From: Harriotta raleighana
Taxonomy: Eukaryota
Direction: 5' to 3'
DNA length: 64,000 nt
NCBI GenBank assembly: GCA_050575255.1
Contig: JBNZDD010013722.1
Coordinates: forward strand, 268,386-332,385
Shown in pieces: positions 39,521-52,827 of this stretch (position 1 is the first letter of the stretch; every line of letters begins with the position of its first letter). A program made the translations under genes and the position numbers. The notes beneath the pieces were generated by a model, which worked only from the letters and a program-made list of their open reading frames with translations, was not told the DNA's origin and searched no databases.

Positions 39521-42079
39521 TCAGCAGATATTATATACTGACACAGAATGTGACATTACATATCAGCATTACTGGCAGACTGCATCATTGACATGATACA
39601 GGTCAATTATGAGAACATAATTAAATTAGGGCATTCCCTCAATAGGAATGTCTTTTCTGATCTGAAGGAATTAACGCAGCGCTGATTGGTTTTCTGATAG
39701 AGGATGATTTGATGAATGAAGTTATTTAAATCTCAATTAAAAGACATATCTGTGTCTTGCTCAGCATTACGTTTTATTTGTCTTCATAAATCCTTTCTTC
39801 AGTGGGTCCACTCTCTATTTAATTCCAGAAGATGTGAGTTCTGAGAGGAGCAATGAACCAAGAGGACTTGAAGGAGATGTGGTGCAGTTATGTGACAAAT
39901 GGAGCCTGCTAATATTGTGGAGCATTCCGATCCTTCTAATGTATGGCAGTTTTGCTTAAGGTGTTCACACGGTGTTTATGTTAAATGGTTTGTGAGTGGA
40001 ATCACTGAAATCTACATTCCACGTTGGATCTTACAATTAGTTTTGTTATAAATGTTTTGTTGACAGAGTAAGTATACACCAAGGTGGAATTTGTACCTTT
40101 TTGTTTACAATTGCAACCATTTAACCTGCTACTATTGCAAACTAGAGCTTTAACAGGTGTTTTTATATCACCATTCTTTATCAAAATCTTGATATTCTTG
40201 GGAGTTTTTCCAGAATGACACAAAATACATTTTCAAAGGTGACTGATAATATACTCAGGTTAATGGTTGCATCTTACAATTTGTACTAGATGTCAACAGG
40301 TCGGAAGTTGAGAGGCTAAAATTGGCTACAGTATCCCTATACAGGAAGTGGATGATCAGTTAAGACTTCTAATCTCTATTCACTGATCTCCTTTGAATTG
40401 TGTGTGGACTCTGGGTGAGGATAGAATAAGGTTCAACACTTTCATCCTCTGTGTTTAAGAAACCTGTCCACACTCACTGTCTGTATGCATGGGAGTAATG
40501 GTCACTCTGGTAGCACTCTTATCTCTGAGTCAGAAGGTTACAAGTTCAAGCCCCACATTTGGATTTAGAACTCACAAAATCTACAGGGATATAAGAAAAA
40601 GGCGGATAAATGGGAACGAATGGATTGTTCTTTAAAAGAGTCAACACAGATAGAATGGGTTGAAGGGCATTCTTCTGTGCTAAAAATGTCTATGATTGTA
40701 TGAGATCAGGCATTATTGTCCCTGAGCCATCAGCCTTCTCTTCCTGTGTTTCTGCACTCCATCTTGCTGCTATCAGTTTCGTTGTAAGCATTGTTTAATT
40801 TTCGTCACATTGTGCCAATTGAACCCTGCTATGGAAATGTCTTCTGAATTGTTCATTGGTCAGATATTTAAGCACTCTAAGACGCCATCCGGTGTGGAGG
40901 GCGCTAAATAAATCAAGTTGTTGTTGTTGACCCCAATGGACACTGACTGAAAATTACACAATTTGTCATGTATGTTTTAAGCCCCCAAGTTTATACTTGA
41001 ACTGAATTGCTGTCCATTCACTTTTACTCAAGTACCACTTTTACTCAAGTAGAATTTTGACCCCCATGGTTGAAAAAGATGCACAATTCGATTTTTCATG
41101 ACGTCTATTTCTAAGTTTTATTTTAGCTGGTGCTAGTTTTTTTTTAGCAGGTTCTTTGTGACATCTGCTATAGTGCTGTATAGTCAGAATTTGTCCTTTA
41201 AAAATGTTTTCATCCTATTGTTCTTGGAACCAACCTTCTCATTTGTGAGAAAACTTTTTGCCCAGTATTTTCCAAATTGGGAGGCATAAATTACAATTGA
41301 TATTGTCATGGTGGCAGACTGCAGGCTAAGTTTATGAATCAGTTTATTCGTACGCAGCCTTATTTTACCTATAAATATACAGCCAATTCACTTTACAGTA
41401 TATTCTGTGAAGCGCTTTGAGATGTCTAGAAGATGTGAAAAGCGCTATATCAAATGCAAGGATTATTATTATATTATNATTATAAGGGGCATAAACCATA
41501 ATGACCTTCCAGTATCCCTGGCATGAGCGGGAAACACAANGGTCATAAACCATAATGACCTTCCAGTATCCCTGGCATGAGCGGGAAACACAAGAAGTTT
41601 GGAAATATACAAGTGGTTTTGGTTTGTGAATTAATTGTCTGCTCAAACGCTCCACCTTCCTCCCATCCCCCTCTCCCCATCACACCAGCTCACTCACTGT
41701 TCCCCAGTGTAACAATTGCTAAGTACTGCCTCTGTAAACTTTCTCATTAGCATCACAGGCTGATGAGGTGATTNCTGTCTGCTCAAACGCTCCACCTTCC
41801 TCCCATCCCCCTCCCCCCATCACACCAGCTCACTCACTGTTCCCCAGTGTAACAATTGCTAAATACTGCCTCTGTAAACTTTCTCATTAGCATCACAGGC
41901 TGATGAGGTGATTCGGGCACAGGCATCCTATTTCTTCTTGGCCTTTTTATTTAAATTGATTAAAATTTGTTCACTGCATAGTGTGTAATCTTTGACACCC
42001 AAATTTGGTATTATAAATTACAATTGGTATTGTAATGGTGGCAGACTATAGGCTGAGTTCATGAATAAGTCTTATTCGA

Positions 42080-42785
42080 ACCTCAACTGTCTTTACTCCC
42101 CCACATCCATGCCATAACCCAATCTGCTTTCCCTCACCTTCGCAACATTATTCGACTCTGCCACTGCCTCTTCCCTCAGGCCACTGAATCTCTCATTGAT
42201 GCCTTCATTACGTCCAGTTTCGACTATGGCAATGCCCTGCTTGTCGGCCTCCCCAATTTCTCCCACTATTGGCTGCAGATCATCCAGAACACTGCAGCCC
42301 GTATCGTCTCCTCAAACACGCTCCACAAACCTATCACCCCCATTTTCATCCGATTCCACTGGCTTTCCATCTCTCAGAAGATTCAATTCAAGATCCAAAA
42401 GTCCTCCATGATGTTGCTCCCCACTCTGTGACCTCCTAACCCCCTACCAAACTATTCATTCCCTCCACTCAGCGGGTTCTCGCCTGCTCCATGTCCCCTG
42501 CCCTACCCCCCACCCCCAACATCGGTGAGTGAACCTTCAGCCACTCTGCCCCCAACCTGTGAAATTCTATTGCGCAATCTCTCCGCCTCGCCCCCTCCCT
42601 AGCCTCCTTCAAGTCCAGCCTTAAGACCTCCTATTGAACCGTTCTATAGGTCACCCCCTTCCCCTGCATTCCCTCTACCCTCCTTGATCCTGACCCCCAG
42701 ATTGGATCTGACTGTCCAGCATCTTGAGACGTCCTCCCGATGTGAAAGGTGCTATACAAATGCAATTTTGTTGTTATTGTATTTG
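42080..42785 (+). mobile_element. L2 LINE 3' fragment
   Basis: Matches the 37077 copy in the opposite orientation; tail present. Confidence 0.88.
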
Positions 42786-44084
42786 TGGGTGAACTCATTA
42801 GCATTTCAGCCAAATTGCAAACTGCAATATTCCACAAAGGCAATGAAATTAATTCTGAATTGTATTTACGGAATGTGCCTATAGTCACCTCATCTCGCCC
42901 TAGACAAGGTGTCTTCCTCCGCCATTGTCAAGCGCTATGGGATGCTACTCTGTGTGAGGAGTGCTATATGAATGCAAGGTGTTATTGTATGTCAGGACGC
43001 TGAGATTAACTTCCTGGTCTTTTTGATTTGTTCCATGGGATTTTGAACATCCACCCCAACAGTCAGATGAAGCCTTGGTTTAAAGAGTCATCTGAAGGAT
43101 GGCACTTCCANAAGGATGGCACTTAATAATAATAATAATCCTTGCATTTGGTATAGCGCTTTTCACATCTTATCAACGTCCCAAAGCGCTTCANGAAGGA
43201 TGGCACTTCCAACAGTACAGTGTCCCCTCAACACTGGATTGGAGCGTCAAGCCTAGTCTATGTGAATTCAAAGTCCTGACATGGGGCATGAACAACAACA
43301 ACAAAATTACATTTAGTTGGCACCTTTCATGNCAGTGTCCCCTCAACATTGGATTGGAGTGTCAAGCCTAGTCTATGTGAATTCAAAGTCCTGACGTGGG
43401 GCATGAACAACAACAACAAAATTACATTTAGTTGGCACCTTTCATGTTGGGAGGACATCTGATTAACAGACACAAGTGGTTCCAACTAAGGCAGGGCTGA
43501 CATCTAGTTCTGAAGCAAGAGGGCNGTTGGGAGGACATCTGATTAACATACACAAGTGGTTCCAACTAAGGCAGGGCTGACATCTAGTTCTGAAGCAAGA
43601 GGGCGGAAGCAGATCAGGTTGCAGTTTTTATACCACCTGGGTTCTTCCCTAGCCTCCTTCTAACAACCCCACCTCTCATCCCCCCTTCCCAGGGGATACA
43701 AAGTCCTTATATGATGGATAAGGACCTAATCGCTTTTGCAAACATTAACCGTCTTAAACATTGCCTGTTCTAAAGCCCGTTCGATACAATCACTACAATT
43801 CCAGAACATTTACAATGTTCCTCTAATTCTTCCTCCATGTGAAGTTTCCAAATGTATTTAAACTTATGGAAAATGCAGATTTGATAGCTGGAGAGTATAA
43901 AGGCTGTGTCACATCAATCATTTAAAAACTACAAAAATATTTCTCTTTGCACAGACTCGAAACATTCGCTAGGATCAGTTTAGCTTTGCAGCTTGAATGA
44001 AATGAATGCAGAAAGAATGATTTAAAAATAAATAATGATCCTCAGCCTCAAAAGTAACCCTACAGCTTTGCAATATATTTTAAA

Positions 44085-44255
44085 ATATCAATACATGTCA
44101 ACATAATCAATACATTTCCACATATCACAAACATTGCCACATTTCTATATAACACAATACATTTCAACATGTACTATTTCATATTCCACAAAACACTTTC
44201 ATATATTCCAATACATTTCCATACATTCCAATACATTTCCATATATCACTGTATA
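44085..44255. repeat. Degenerate minisatellite built on CAATACATTTCCATA
   Basis: The motif recurs several times with variation. Confidence 0.65.
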
Positions 44256-45891
44256 TTTTCAAAGCTGCCACAATATGATGAAAGAGATGTAACATAATGA
44301 ATTGGCAATGTTAATTAGTTCATTTCTCATTTTAGCAAGTTACATGGGATGAAGGTAGAGTACTAAAGATAGTTCTTGGTTACGAATAGATCATTGTGAT
44401 TATGTTTTCAAAAACATAGAAAGAGTTACATCAAATGTTACAGCTTGGAAACAGGCCATTTGGCCTAACTAGTCTGTGCTGGTGTTTATATTCCACACAA
44501 GCCTCCATCTCTCCTAATCCCCTCTCCTCTATTTCTCTATTCTGTTCTCCTTCATGTATGTGTCAAATCTACTCTTAAAAACTTTGATGATTTTTGCTTC
44601 AACCGCAGTTCTGAACACTGAGATCCACATTCTTATCAACCTCTCCTCTTCTATCTGTTATTGCCTCTCATATTCATGCACCTCATTTTCAGACTCCCCA
44701 AGCATAAACCATTATCAANACTCACCTACTGAATCTTTACAAAATTCTTTTAAAAAATACTTTCATCGGCAATATCAGACTGCGACCATCCTGTAAGTTC
44801 AATATAGTCATAGCTTCGTGCAGGCTTTGGCGCCAAATACTTTCTTGCGATATTTAAAGCTGCAATGCAGGTAATTCATTATAAGACACTATGCTTACTA
44901 TAACATGCCAACTACCTGGCTCCTGAAAACAGTGTTTGAATGAAAGTGTTATGATGAAGGTTTCTGCTTTAACTGATTGATATTTCAAAGGTTTACTTTC
45001 TTTTTTTTTGTGTTAAGATTGAATGCAGATCATGAAAAGAATATACATTAGAGCAATTAATATTTGCTACATGCAGCTCTAGAAGCGGGGGATGAGGTGG
45101 GTACTTCAGAAAGTTTTTGTGAATAAAAATAACAAGAAACTGAAAAGTGTGGCAGCAAATGATAGCCACAGGTAAGAAAATCAGAACCTGTAGCTCTGTT
45201 TCCAAATCAGCCCAATAATAATCACCCTTGCATTTGATGCAGCACCTTATCCCATCGTCAAAATGGCTGAACAGGAATTACCGTAAAACATGACTCTGTA
45301 GTTGTACAGAAATACAACACCCAATTTATAATACTAAAACCATATCTTGCACGGGTTAAGTCAACCATAAGTAAACGGTTAGTTTTCGCTAACCTAGTAA
45401 AATGTGTTGGCAGAATTTGAACCATCGTAACAGCTTCATGTTCAGAATTTTCACAAGATCTGTTTCCCACAGATCTTTGACTCAATTGGTAGTACCCTCA
45501 CCTCTTGAGTCAGAATGTTATAGATTCAAGCCCCATGGTCGGATTTTGAACTCATAGACTATCCTAATGCTATAGTGCTTGGGGAGCACTACATTGTTGG
45601 AGGTGGCAAGACAATAAACTGTGCCATTAATGTTTGGGTGGATGTTAAATATTCTATGGCATAATTTGAAAAGTTCTGTGTCCTGGTCAATAATCCTGCA
45701 AGTAAGTGTGACCATTCACTTTAGGGCTGTGTGTGCTCAAATTGCCTATTATATTTATTGCAAAATACACAATGAATACAGTAAACGCTTTGAGATGTCC
45801 TCCTGATGTGAAAGGCATATCAAATGCAAGGATTATATTGTTATTAATAAACAGAAATTGCCTATTAAATTGAGACTGAATGAAAACATTT

Positions 45892-46145
45892 GTGGAGTCC
45901 TGTAGCTCAGTGGTTAGAGCATTTGCCATGAAAGCGAAAGATCTGGGTTAAATTCCAGGCAAGAAGAAACCTTGGGCAAATTTCCTGATAATAATCTCTT
46001 GAAAATAAAAGAATAATAAATTGGTCATTTCAATTGTTTATAGGACACTGCTTTGCATAATTGGTTGCTGTGTTTCTCCCACAAAATATACAGTCAATTC
46101 ACTTTACAGTATATTCTGTGAAATGCTTTAAGACATCTAGAAGAC
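45892..46145 (+). mobile_element. tRNA-derived SINE
   Basis: GTGGAGTCCTGTAGCTCAGTGGTTAGAGCA head, core and partial tail. Confidence 0.85.
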
Positions 46146-46499
46146 GGATGATTATCAGTTTTGAAATACCTTAAATTCTAAGACACAATTGTCTTACAGT
46201 GTAATATTTGACAAAAATTTGGGGCCTAATGACTCATTAAGCTGACGTTGACCATGCTAAGCTTGAAGAAAAGGTAAGCTTGGAACCAATTTTTTTCATC
46301 TTGAGGAGGAAAATGAAATACAGTACTTAATTTGGTTTCTGGATTTGTTAAATTTGATCTTTGCACATCGAAAAACATCAGAACTTTCAGTTAAATTAAC
46401 TTTGCTTTTTGTTGCAATATCAGTGTTGCTAGAGTACAATTGATGGCAAACCGAGAAGTTTGTCATTGCTTAACTGCCTAAATTTTATTTCAGATAAAA

Positions 46500-46780
46500 A
46501 TAATTATTACATTTGATGTAGCTCTTTTCATGTCTTCTAGATGTCTCAAAGTCTTCACAGAATCATAATAATAATTGTTGCATTTGATATAGCACTTTCC
46601 ATGTCTTCTAGACATCTCAAAGCTCTTCACACAATATACTGTAAATTGAATTGACTGCATATTTGTGGGCAAAACGTAGCAGCCAAGCAGTGTCGCATCA
46701 AACAGTCTTTGTTTGAAAATGACTAATTTTTTTTCGAGGGATTATTATTTGTTGTGTGGAGTAAGGAAACTTGCCCAAGA
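46500..46780 (-). mobile_element. 5'-truncated SINE with a doubled 3' tail
   Basis: Two successive tail copies (about 46500-46563 and from 46566). Confidence 0.8.
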
Positions 46781-48379
46781 TTTATTATATTATACTTACA
46801 CGTTTCTGAGTTTGAAACAGTTATTCTGGGAAACATATGATGGAGGCATCAGACAACTATTTCACCAGTGAAGAAAAAGCCCCAAAAGGCTACAATCAAT
46901 ATAAAGGTAGGAATCTACTATGCACCTTGTAACCTTTTATAGTTTCATTGTTGTGTAACAAATTGATGTCAGCCTTGCTAAATCGATGGCACTCTCACTT
47001 CTGAGACAGAAGGTTATGTTGCATATTGCTTCAAGGACATAAGTAGCAAATTAATATGGATGATACAAGAATAAAAGTTATTCTGGGAAAGTGACTGGGC
47101 AGATTTTGAAAGAAATTGATTTGTAAAGTTGGAATTAAAGGACTGAGTGAATCTATGTGTTTTGGGATTAAAGAACATTACAGATTATAGGTCCAAGTCT
47201 CTTGTCAGGACTTCAAATTCACAGTCTAGGCTGTGCAATGCTAGGAGAGCATAACACTGTCAGAGGTGCCAGCCTTTTGATGAGATATTAAACAGATTTG
47301 CTGTCTGCCTGTTCAAGTGAACATTAAAGATCCCACAACACTCTTTGTAAAGAGAAGGGCATTTTGCCCAGAGTATTGGACAACAATAAAATTGGTCCTC
47401 ACAGTAAGGTTGTTTGCTGAACATTACTGTTAGTAAATTGGCTGTTATATCTATAATATGCACACTCCCCTATTTATAGTTTATAGTGAATCCTCTGAAA
47501 CACATTGAGACCTCCCCCTGATGAGAAAGACAAAATATCAAATGCAAGGATTGCAAGGATTATAACAACCAAGCTCGCTAGTCAAAAAATCATTATCGTG
47601 TATGTGACGTAGAAGCATGTGAGCTGTTTCTTTGTCCCCACTCATGCTATTTTAGGTTTCTTATTACTAAACTACGATCTATCATACTCTCTTGTTACCA
47701 AGAGGTGTCACTTGGCTCTATTCTGGCTAAATTCCCTTGTTCCGCTCTATAAACTAACACTTTGTTGCTGTGGAAATCTGTACCTAGGGTGCCAATTGAA
47801 AATGATAAAGTTCATACCTTGAGATCAGTGGAGACTTCAGCTATTACTATCATTCAATTATTTGGTCTCTGATAGGGAATCCATCAATGTCCTATGAGCT
47901 GCCATCTATTTTACAAAGTTATTAAACATTTTCAGAATTATTCCAATATAAATGGTACAGTACCTCAGTGATTGAGAATAATTAAACTATTTGCGGAATT
48001 CTCAAAATAAAGTGTTTTAAAATGCCTTACACTTCTCTCCTCCTGTTTTGAAACTTTTCTGTGCTATCTGTTTCTCCATCCATACTATTCCGTCTTTCCT
48101 GTCAACTTCCTTATCCATTTTTAGATAAAGTTATTTTTTCCCTCCAACCTTGAACTCACCTTTGACTATTCTATTCTCTATCGACTTTTTTTTGGAAAAT
48201 ATCTCCCCTTCTAAATCACTTTCTCACCCACTGTCCAAAAGCTTGCCTTTGTTTTTCTTCTCTGCCCTTCTTTGGAATCATTTTACACCATATATTGCCT
48301 GTTTGAAGGGATCATGTGTTGATCTGACGAATATGTGCTCCTGCTCACTTTGTCAGATTTAGTCATGTCTAAGCCTAAT

Positions 48380-49431
48380 GTTACCCTGACCTCTCGGCTC
48401 GTGCGATCTGCCGGAATTTTACAGCGTTGTTCCCGTCTCGGCCTCTATCTGGGCTCAACCTTGTAGCAACCTCTCAAGGCCCCTAGGAATATGTATTCCC
48501 ATCTACAAAACCCTTTGTTAACATTTCTTATACTCATTTATCATCAACAAAACAATACAACACAGAAAGGCTTCAACAATTAGATACAGGTTTTTACTAA
48601 TTTATGTGAGAGCTGATTATCCTACTCGAACTTATAAACAATTAAATTACTATTCTGTTAGGTCCCTTCATGGTCGCCAATTTGTTGAGATTTGGTGATC
48701 CCGATAAGTCACGAACCAACAATCCTTAATAAAGGTATAGTGAATTGAATGATTCTAAGTAATTAGAATAATAGAGTGAAAGAGAACTAAAACATACTAC
48801 CACTTAAAACAGGATGCAAGTTGGTACACCATAAGTCAGGTTCAAACTTCTCACAATACTCATCCTCTCTGTCCCTATGTCTGCTCTACCCTTTCTCTGA
48901 TTCTCTGAGTCTGGGTTTCTAGGTCAAGTCTCCGCTGTTTGTCTCCTCCAATCCTGCCGGATACTACTGAATTTGTAAAATCGTGAAACCGATACTTGTC
49001 TGTACTTAGTGGTATTCATTTGCAACCGAATATCTACTAGATCACAATTTAAAAGAAATAGATTCGATATCCTCAATGCCTTATTGATGTGAAAGTTTCA
49101 GATTTATTGCGAAGCGAACCACGCATGGTTTTTACATAAGAACTGGTTACCTTATGGCAGTAGGGACTACAACCACTTATAGAGATCTCTTATCGCAGTT
49201 CAGATCCCGACCCTCATACAACTATTATGGGGACTAAAACTCCAAAACCCTTTTTTTTTTTTTAATTTTACATTTCAGTTGTATAGGGTTGATCTTGAAC
49301 AGTTCAAATTCTGACCCTCACACAACTAACTATCAGTTGTATAGGGTTGATCTCGAACTAACCAATTCATTACATGTACCTCACAGTTCAGATCCCGACC
49401 CTAATACAATAGGGTTGATCTCAAACTGTCA
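48380..49431 (-). mobile_element. Endogenous retrovirus / LTR element remnant: 5' LTR (about 48683-49431), PBS and truncated leader
   Basis: Minus strand ...CTCAACA AAT TGGCGACCATGAAGGGAC: a CA LTR end followed by an 18-nt PBS. AATAAA at 49103-49108 (minus). Repeated motifs in the presumed U3. The LTR start is uncertain. Confidence 0.75.
48662..48679 (-). promoter_or_regulatory. Retroviral primer-binding site, tRNA-Arg type
   Basis: Plus strand GTCCCTTCATGGTCGCCA versus the recalled vertebrate tRNA-Arg(TCG) 3' end GTCCCTTCGTGGTCGCCA: 17/18, the mismatch being a CpG transition. Confidence 0.8.
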
Positions 49432-49559
49432 TGGAATAAATTCATATGGCACACAAGTTAAGTAGCATATATGTGAACAAGTTTAATAATACTCATAGCT
49501 GAAAGGGGAAGCACCCACTCAGGCTAATGCTGCCCAGGATGGCACCTCCAAGAAACTGT

Positions 49560-50052
49560 TGTGGAATAAACAGCCTCACAGAATATGATCAACAGTAAAG
49601 TATTTTATTAAACTCACATGTGAGGAGAAGTACCAGTACGGGATCAGCAAGATCCCGGACTGTATTTCCACTTTAGTAGTACTTTACAAGAACTTTTGTA
49701 CCCTTTCCGAGATATGGAGATACACATTCATTCAATCAAATGCCACATATTAACATATTTAGCCTAACAATATTTAGCAAAGTCAATTATCCAATTATAA
49801 CTTTACACATGTAGCTGCTCACATAGCATGATCCTAGTTATGCAGCTAGTTTCATATCATGATTGCGAGGTCTTGTTTGGCCCTGGAAAGCAGAGCAGAC
49901 TGGTTTTAGTCAGTCATATCACATCGAGCCATGATCAGCCGTATGACCTCCGGCCATTCATGTGCTTTGTCCCATTAAATGAGTTTTTGGTTAATTTTGC
50001 TTCTTGCATATCCTAACTGTACTTTGTAATTTTCCACAATTCCCCCTTTTTG
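49560..50052 (-). mobile_element. Second LTR (about 480 bp) preceded by a polypurine tract
   Basis: Minus strand AAAAAGGGGGAAT|TGTGGAA... ending ...TTCCACA(ACA): TG..CA ends with a 7-bp inverted repeat, and AATAAA near 49604-49609. Confidence 0.75.
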
Positions 50053-52827
50053 TCCTTTAAAGGACAATTTGTGGAATTTCAGAATTGTGCAAAGTCAAAA
50101 TTGGATGCGATTGTCAGATGGGGAAGATCAAGCATTGAAATGGCCAATCACACTCACTGTCTGAACTTTGACATGTAGCTTGCGTAAGGAGCTACAGTAT
50201 GGGCTGTGTACCTCAGAATATACCTTTATCAAGAGAATGGAGGAAGTGATTGAGCTAATTGGCGAAATGCACATATTTTTCAGGATGTTAAATTGCACAT
50301 AAGTGATTGTTTATAAGAGTAGATGCAGTGCATTCAATCAGCCAGAAACATTTAAGCGCCTGCTACCAGAAGTGACAAGGTGCAGGATTCCTGCAAAAAT
50401 TGGGGTTTTGACAGTCACTGATTCAAAAAGAGCAAAGGCATAATGAGAGCAAATTGTACAATTGAAAACAAACAAACAGCCAGTCATGTATTTAACATGC
50501 TTTGGGAGAGATTTCTACCATCTTTATAACAATAATAATCCTTGCATTTGATATAGTGCTTTTCACGTCTTCTAAATGTCTCAAAGGACTTCAGAGAATA
50601 TTCTGTAAAGTTAATTGAATGTATATACTGTACTGTATGTGGACAAAATGTAGCAGCCAATTGTGCACAGCAGTGTCCCACAAACCATTTACCAGTAAAT
50701 GAAGAGTTAATTCAGACGAGTTTAGGCAAACACGAATGATAAGTAACTTCTAAAAGAGCTCCTGTTGTGTCAGATGTATAATTAGGTGCAGGTCTCTCAG
50801 GAGGAATTAATAGCACTATTTTTAGTTGGTTCCTTTAGTCCAATGCTTCATAGCTACTTATCTTCCAAGTCCACCCCCTAGGTAAATATGCTAGTATGGT
50901 GATTGACTGAGTTGGTAGCACTCTTACCTATGAAACAGGAGATTGTGGGCTCAAGCTTTAATTCAGGACTTGGAGCTCACAGTCTAGATTGGCACTCCAA
51001 TTCAGTGCTGGGGGATGAGACAACACAATGAGTTTCTGGTTAGAACTGTCTTTCCCGTTGGGGTTTTGGCTCGCAATGTGTCTACATCTCTGTGCTGATC
51101 TCTGATTACTGTGGATCTATACGACTATGATCCAGGAAGTCAACATTTAGCTTTCTCAAAGTTAAGAATTTTAGAATTTGGGAGTTATTATTGATCACAA
51201 AAGGGTGAAGGTTGAGTAGATTAACTGGGACTTGCTTCTGTGCTCAGATAAGGTACATTTCCCCAAAGCTTGCTGTTCAAACGTGAAACAAGTAGAGTTG
51301 TGAAGTGGAAAAGCTCACTCCTACAGTGTGGATAATAAGATGGTTGTTAAGGAGGGGTAGGAATGAATAGTAATGTGTTTCAAAAGACGAGAAACAGCAA
51401 AATACACAGTATTGTAAAAACTAAAGGAGAGTTAGATAGTCAACATTACAATGTTATTTTTAACATTACTAGGTAGCTTTGTTTCTCACCTTCCTGAAAA
51501 TGTAAAATAAATCAATTCTGATTTATTGCCTTGTGAAACTTTCTAACCTCTACTTTCTAACCTCTAGAGATACTAACCACTTAAAGAAAGACACTTAAAG
51601 CTATTCTCTTGTAAATGTCTAAAATCACACTCAGAGAGAACTGTATAAACTATCTATCCTTTGGCAGATTTGGTAATTTCCCATTGTTTACTCATATTGA
51701 TGCATCATGCCAAGCTATAGGCATAAATGCTTTAAACTGTAGTAAGTGTGAATCTACTTGCTAAAAAAGCTATCAGGAGGCACAAACTTGCAGACAAGGA
51801 TAAGTCCTGTTTAAACTTCTCTTTAATCAAAGAGTTTGGCAACAGACACAAAACTCGACTTGTATAAACATCTTGACACTTTTAATCTCAACAGCTGGCA
51901 AACAGCAAAAGCAGAACTGGCCAAATGCGTATCATGCAGATTCCCTTGTAAGTGACTTTGGCAATTTTTTTTTGCTTAAAATGAACCATTTCAATGGATG
52001 CCATCACATATCCCATCACACATTTCTCATCCCAAATTTTAATTTGAAGTACCCTGTGAAGGCTTAAACATGCTTCTGCAGGTTGGCGAGAGCCAACGTT
52101 TGCAGACTACAGATTGTGCATTCAGGAACTGTATGCCAATAAGAGCAGTGTTTGGCTGCTTATTTAACTGGGGTCAGGTTATTTTCTAGGAAGTTGGATG
52201 ATTAGGCTAGATGGACCACTGGTCGATTCCTGCTTGAAACTGTTCTATGAAGTGAAATTGCAGTATAGGATGTGGTAACCACTGGGATTCTTCCCTCCAG
52301 GCAAAGAGCTCATATTCTATTCCAGACACAGAAATTACCCCATATAGGTGGCATACATATGTGGAACACTCAGTCTAGTTTTTGGAACCATATACAAAGT
52401 GATGGATTTCTGTAATTGGTACTCACCCAGCAGACCAAAACATTCCCCAGAAAAATCCAGTGAGGTAAATATATATAAAAAATAAAAAACATCATACTGT
52501 CTTTTTCCTTCTAGATTCTATTTTCTTGTTCCCTAGTGTGGCCTTTTATATTTTAACTTTATATTTACCCTTTTCTACCAGTTCTAACCTTTGCTCACCC
52601 GATTCAAAACACTGGGCCCCAAACTTCTTCTTTTGTTTGTTGCCAGTGAAAATAGAAACAATCTTTACAATTGTGACATTTGAAAAACCGTAGGTACATT
52701 TTCTCCCCGGAGAGAGGTATCCTACTACCCTAATACTGGAGAGTATTATGTGTAGGTGGAAGAGAGGCTATGCTTTAGGATCTCAGAGTGTGATCCAGTT
52801 TAACCAGCTAAAACTACCTATGAGTTA

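Noticed and set aside
49196-49428. CRISPR-like appearance of spaced ~26-bp repeats
   Set aside because: Repeats alternate in orientation, spacing is irregular, there are no cas genes, and the context is vertebrate.
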